Part shown: piece after piece, positions 9,377 to 13,269 of the stretch
Position numbering within the stretch: position 1 is the stretch's first letter
Layout of the letters: every line of letters starts with the position of its first letter
Origin: Octopus sinensis
Lineage: Eukaryota
Length of the DNA stretch: 13,269 nt
Reading direction: 5' to 3'
Assembly (NCBI RefSeq): GCF_006345805.1
Contig: NW_021826156.1
Coordinates: 1 to 13,269 of the forward strand
Program-made: the position numbers and the translations under genes
The notes under the pieces: model-generated
Database searches by the model: none
What the model saw: only the letters and a program-made list of their open reading frames with translations
Told to the model about the DNA's origin: nothing

Positions 9377-9715
9377 TATACATACATACATACATACATA
9401 CATACGTACATAATGCCCTGCTGTCGATGTTGAAATTCCAGTGAAGATGCCTTGGATCTAGGTTAGAAACCGGTTCTTTATTGGTAAGAAATCTTGAAAC
9501 ATAACTGAATAGTGACATACATGCATACATACATACATACATACATACATACATACATGCATGCATACATACATACATACGCACATGCATACACACATAC
9601 ATGCATATACATACATACATACATACATACATACATACATACATACATACATACATACATGCATGCATGCATGCATGCATATATACATACATACTCACAA
9701 ACACTCACAAACATA
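9377..9715. repeat. (CATA)n arrays with (CATG)n variants, interrupted by a 105-nt island
   Basis: Arrays at 9377-9410 and 9516-9715. Confidence 0.92.
9411..9515. mobile_element. Short non-repetitive island nested in (CATA)n, probably an interspersed-repeat fragment
   Basis: Complex sequence bounded on both sides by the same tetranucleotide array. It resembles an Octopus repeat from memory only. Confidence 0.45.
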
Positions 9716-9742
9716 CATAGATGCATACGAAAATCTATCGTA

Positions 9743-9838
9743 TGGATTTGATAGAAAGAAACTGAAAGCAACCCGTCGTCTCCCACTACCGCTAGACAAC
9801 CGGTATGCGTTTATTTACGTTCCATAACTCAGCAGTTC
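9743..9838 (+). mobile_element. Diverged SINE fragment, inverted relative to 8180-8467
   Basis: 9743-9768 matches the reverse complement of 8418-8443 at 23/26. 9790-9835 aligns loosely to the reverse complement of ~8294-8339. Confidence 0.65.
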
Positions 9839-10124
9839 GCCCTGAAAGGTCGTAGACGATCGAATTGACTGAAGTATTTTTTGAAGCCTAGAAATTATTC
9901 TATTGCGCTTTTATGCCGAACCACACTGAGTGGAACAAGTAAAAGATAACACACACATACACACACACACACACATACATGTCATGTGTACGATACATGG
10001 ATACATATATACATATATATGTATATACGCGCACACAAATATGCATGCACATGCTTGTATGTATGTCGGCGTGTGTGTATGTATTGTATAAACACATATG
10101 TATTTATACATACATGTGTTTATA

Positions 10125-10576
10125 TCCCACAACCTTCGAGACCTTTTGGTCCATAGCTCCTTCCCTGACCCTACCTCCCAACCCGGCTCGTTCCCCTGCT
10201 CCCGCCCACGTTGCCGCACTTGCCCTTACCTCTCCAACACCACCCGCCTCACTAGCACCCACCATCGACCCTATCCCATCATCCACTCCTTCACCTGCAC
10301 CTCCAGCAATATTATCTATTGCATCTCTTGCTCTCTCTGCAATTCCTTGTACATCGACAAACGGACGCCGCTTGGCTGACCGGGTCGCGGACACCTTCGT
10401 GACACATCCACCTTGCGAACGACACACCGGTCTCACGCCATTTCCGCTCCACCGGTCACTCCTTGCAACACTATCTGTGTTCGGTTTGTCCTTACACATA
10501 GGCCATCCGGATTCCCGTTGCGCCGTGAACAGGAATTAATCTTCTCTCTTCGCTCTTATACGCCATTGGTCTCAAC
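10125..10576 (+). pseudogene. Penelope-type GIY-YIG endonuclease with Cys-rich linker, frameshifted
   Basis: Encodes NLRDLLV...GSFPCSRPRCRTCP...FTCTSSNIIYCISCSLCNSLYI. After 1-nt indel correction it continues (G)QTGRRLADRVA(E)HLRD...PVSRHF...GHS...REQELIFSLRSYTP.GLN, with GLN at 10568-76. Confidence 0.88.
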
Positions 10577-10905
10577 TCTCCCCCCCTCCTCATCTAACCC
10601 CCCTCTCCCCCTCCTCCTCCTCACCTATCCTTTCTCCCCCCGACCCCCACTTCTTCGTCTTCATCCTTTCCATTCACCCCTACTCCCCTTCCCTTCTTCC
10701 CTCTTTTCTCCTCCCTCTTCCTCTTCCCCTCTGCTCGCCTCACTCCTCTCTCCCCTTCTTCTCTCCCCCTCTCCCTCTTTCCTCCTTCATCCCTCTCCTC
10801 CCCTTCCTTCTCCCCATCCTCTCCTCTTCACCCTCCCCTCCCCTCCCCCTCTTCTTCCCCTCCCCTTCTCCCCCCTCTTCTCCCCTCTCCCCCTCTTCTC
10901 TCACT
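10577..10905. repeat. Polypyrimidine (C/T) low-complexity tract
   Basis: Almost no purines on the + strand and many C4-C7 runs. Confidence 0.9.
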
Positions 10906-11004
10906 ACCACACACATGACTTTACACATCACATCACACTATGTTGTGCCATACTAATACACACACCAACTAATACATCCTATACGTACTAATAACATACT
11001 AGTA

Positions 11005-11290
11005 CATACTAATACTTACACCAACCCTATACATACACACGTCCCAGACCCCGCATACGCACTTATACTCTCTCACACACACACACCACACCCTATACAT
11101 ACCAATACGTACTAATACATACTAATACCTACTAATACATACACCAACCCCATACATACGCACGTCCAGACCAATCCCAACGCACTGATACTCTCTCATA
11201 CACACCACCACACACACACACACCCTTATACATACTAATACATACACCAACCCTATACATACACATCCAGACCCCTCCCACGCACTTTTA
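11005..11290. repeat. Imperfect minisatellite, about 3 copies of a 100-125-nt unit
   Basis: The core c(a/c)tactaatac(a/t)tacaccaaccc.atacatac...ccagacc starts at ~11005, 11128 and 11231. Confidence 0.8.
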
Positions 11291-11448
11291 GCTGGTCCCT
11301 CACCCTATTATCTCCCTTATTTCGCTCTCGCGTCTCATGTTTGATCGTTGACCCTCTGGCCGAAATCAGATCGCCATGTTGATTCGTTAGCTACTGCACG
11401 CATTTTTTTTCTCCTCTCCTTCTTTCTGTGTTTTTCTCTCTCTGTGTA

Positions 11449-11488
11449 TCTTTTTCTGTTGAAGAGCGTAGGCTCGAAACGTTAAAGA
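11449..11488 (+). ncRNA. Variant minimal type I hammerhead-like motif
   Basis: U-rich stem I 5' strand (11449-55). Core CUGUUGA plus an extra A (11456-63). Stem II GAGC-guag-GCUC (11464-75). GAAA (11476-79). Palindromic ACGU. H17 = U11483. Stem I 3' strand AAAGA (11484-88). Confidence 0.6.
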
Positions 11489-11777
11489 CTTGTTTTATTT
11501 ATATTTTCCTGAGCGCCATACTAATACCATTGTTCGTTTGTTTTCCACCTGCCTTCGTCTTTTTGTTTATTTTCATAAAGCTTCCGTTATATATATATAA
11601 TATATACATACACATACACGCACACTTATTCACTCTACATACTCACACACATAGGCACCCACTTACACAAACTCAAAAACACACATATATACATAATTGC
11701 TTATTTGTATCATCGCGAAAATAAACATATCTTGTGTTATGTCGAATTTGTTTAGTTGTTGTTTCACCTGATTGCAG

Positions 11778-11825
11778 GTAATTGCGGTATCTTTTGATCT
11801 TGTTGACTTGAGGGCTAAATGGAAG
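11778..11825 (+). CDS. Candidate 48-nt symmetric internal exon of an unidentified host gene (VIAVSFDLVDLRAKWK)
   Basis: Acceptor ttgtttcacctgattgcag and donor AAG|gtgagc. Length is a multiple of 3. Only phase 0 is open; the other two frames hit TAA or TGA. Confidence 0.35.
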
Positions 11826-12017
11826 GTGAGCACAATGTATTGCTTTCTATTTCCTTACCACGTTACATCCCGAAAAGCATCGTTTAACTAAATGATATCC
11901 ACCCGGGTACTGATGCAAACACACAAATTCTTATACGTACCTCGTTGTTTGTGCGTAACTTCTAAAGCAGTAGACACACACACACACATATATATATATA
12001 TATTACGTATGTACGTT

Positions 12018-12163
12018 CATACATTCATACATACATACATACATACATACATATACATACATACATACATACATACATACATACATACATACATACATAC
12101 TTACATACAATACATACATACATACATACACAACATACATACATACATACATAACATACATAC

Positions 12164-12194
<31 letters not shown>

Positions 12195-12230
12195 CATACA
12201 TACATACATACATACACATATATACATATA
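12018..12230. repeat. (CATA)n microsatellite
   Basis: Read directly. Confidence 0.95.
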
Positions 12231-12435
12231 TAGATGCAAAATATGCCAAGCATTCCAGACATTTAACCTGTAATAATTGTGAATACGCACGTGTAAACAT
12301 GTGAACATGTCTAGGTGTAGACTGACACAGTCAAAATATACACACGTGCACGTACAATTACATCTATGGTTGTTGACATACATTCGTGTACACATACTTA
12401 GAAATATATATATATACATATGTATGCACATAAAA

Positions 12436-12553
12436 ACATACACACACACAACACAACACAACCCACACACAACACACACACACAAACACACACAAACACA
12501 CACACACACACAAACACACAACACACACACAAACCACACACACACACACACAA

Positions 12554-12592
<39 letters not shown>

Positions 12593-12700
12593 AAACACAT
12601 ACACAACCCACACAGACACACCAACACACACACAATCACAACAAACCATACACACACCACACACAACACACACCACACACACACACACACACACCACACA
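12436..12700. repeat. Degenerate (CA)n/(CAA/CCA) array
   Basis: Read directly. Confidence 0.92.
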
Positions 12701-13269
12701 TATATATATATATGCATGTATGTATGTATGTATATATACATTCACGCACACATATTTGAGGAAAGATTTTCTTAAATTAAAAATTATTGTTTATATGAAA
12801 CGGTTTTTAAAAAATTCAGAACGATGCGAACAATTTAGAGAAAGGTTTTGTATTGTCTATAAGCGCTTTCGCTGTTTGCAGTTTTTCAAATACGCGTGTT
12901 ATGGGGTTATCCGAATAGAAGAATTAGATTTTAGCAGTAGCGTTGACTAATTTCGATTTAGTCTTGGATTTAGGATTCTTATAAAGTATTCCTCTTTTTC
13001 CTTCCGTTGTTAATAATTTTATTATTTTATTTTGGAAATAAGAAATATTTTTAAATTTTCGTTTGCTCAAATACCTAGACACACACACACACATACATGA
13101 TGGGCCATACCCGTCGATATCGACGAACGAAGATTTAACTACTCATTAAAGTGTTCCGCTTTAGACCTACAAACAAATCCACATCTCTCACCAACCAGAG
13201 ACAATTTGGATTCCAGTTTTTGTTTTATTCACTCCAATTTTTAGACCTATCTACTCTTGAAAGCTTGAA

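Larger units (their letters stand above)
10125..11588 (+). mobile_element. 3' part of a Penelope-like element (GIY-YIG domain, low-complexity 3' region, hammerhead-like terminus)
   Basis: GIY-YIG coding remnant followed downstream by a hammerhead-like motif and ending in (TA)n. Continuity across 10577-11290 is inferred. Confidence 0.7.

Noticed and set aside
10413-10991. Pro/Leu/Ser-rich 192-aa ORF
   Set aside because: Mostly the C/T low-complexity tract. Only short stretches coincide with the GIY-YIG frame.

Overview
AT-rich, microsatellite-dense eukaryotic non-coding DNA, probably intronic. The SINE-like repeats match my recollection of Octopus repeats, so a coleoid cephalopod source is an inference. 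Most ORFs in the supplied track are microsatellite artefacts. The non-repetitive islands are mostly retroelements. (1) 844-1385: a non-coding, highly structured element made of a 364-nt unit with a 51-nt terminal direct repeat, plus an inverted ~117-nt copy. It carries a minimal type I hammerhead ribozyme with a U3/A8 covariant core and looks like a retrozyme or a Penelope pLTR. (2) 1787-2122: the 3' end of a CR1/L2-group-like LINE, whose terminal stem-loop resembles the tail of the SINE at 8180-8467. (3) 3645-7233: a 5'-truncated L1/Tx1-type LINE (APE, RT, zinc finger, 3'UTR) sitting inside a (CTAT)n array. (4) 10125-11588: the 3' part of a Penelope-like element (GIY-YIG endonuclease) ending in a second, variant hammerhead. 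There is also one candidate 48-nt host exon (11778-11825). Frequent 1-bp indels suggest either an error-prone assembly or neutral decay.
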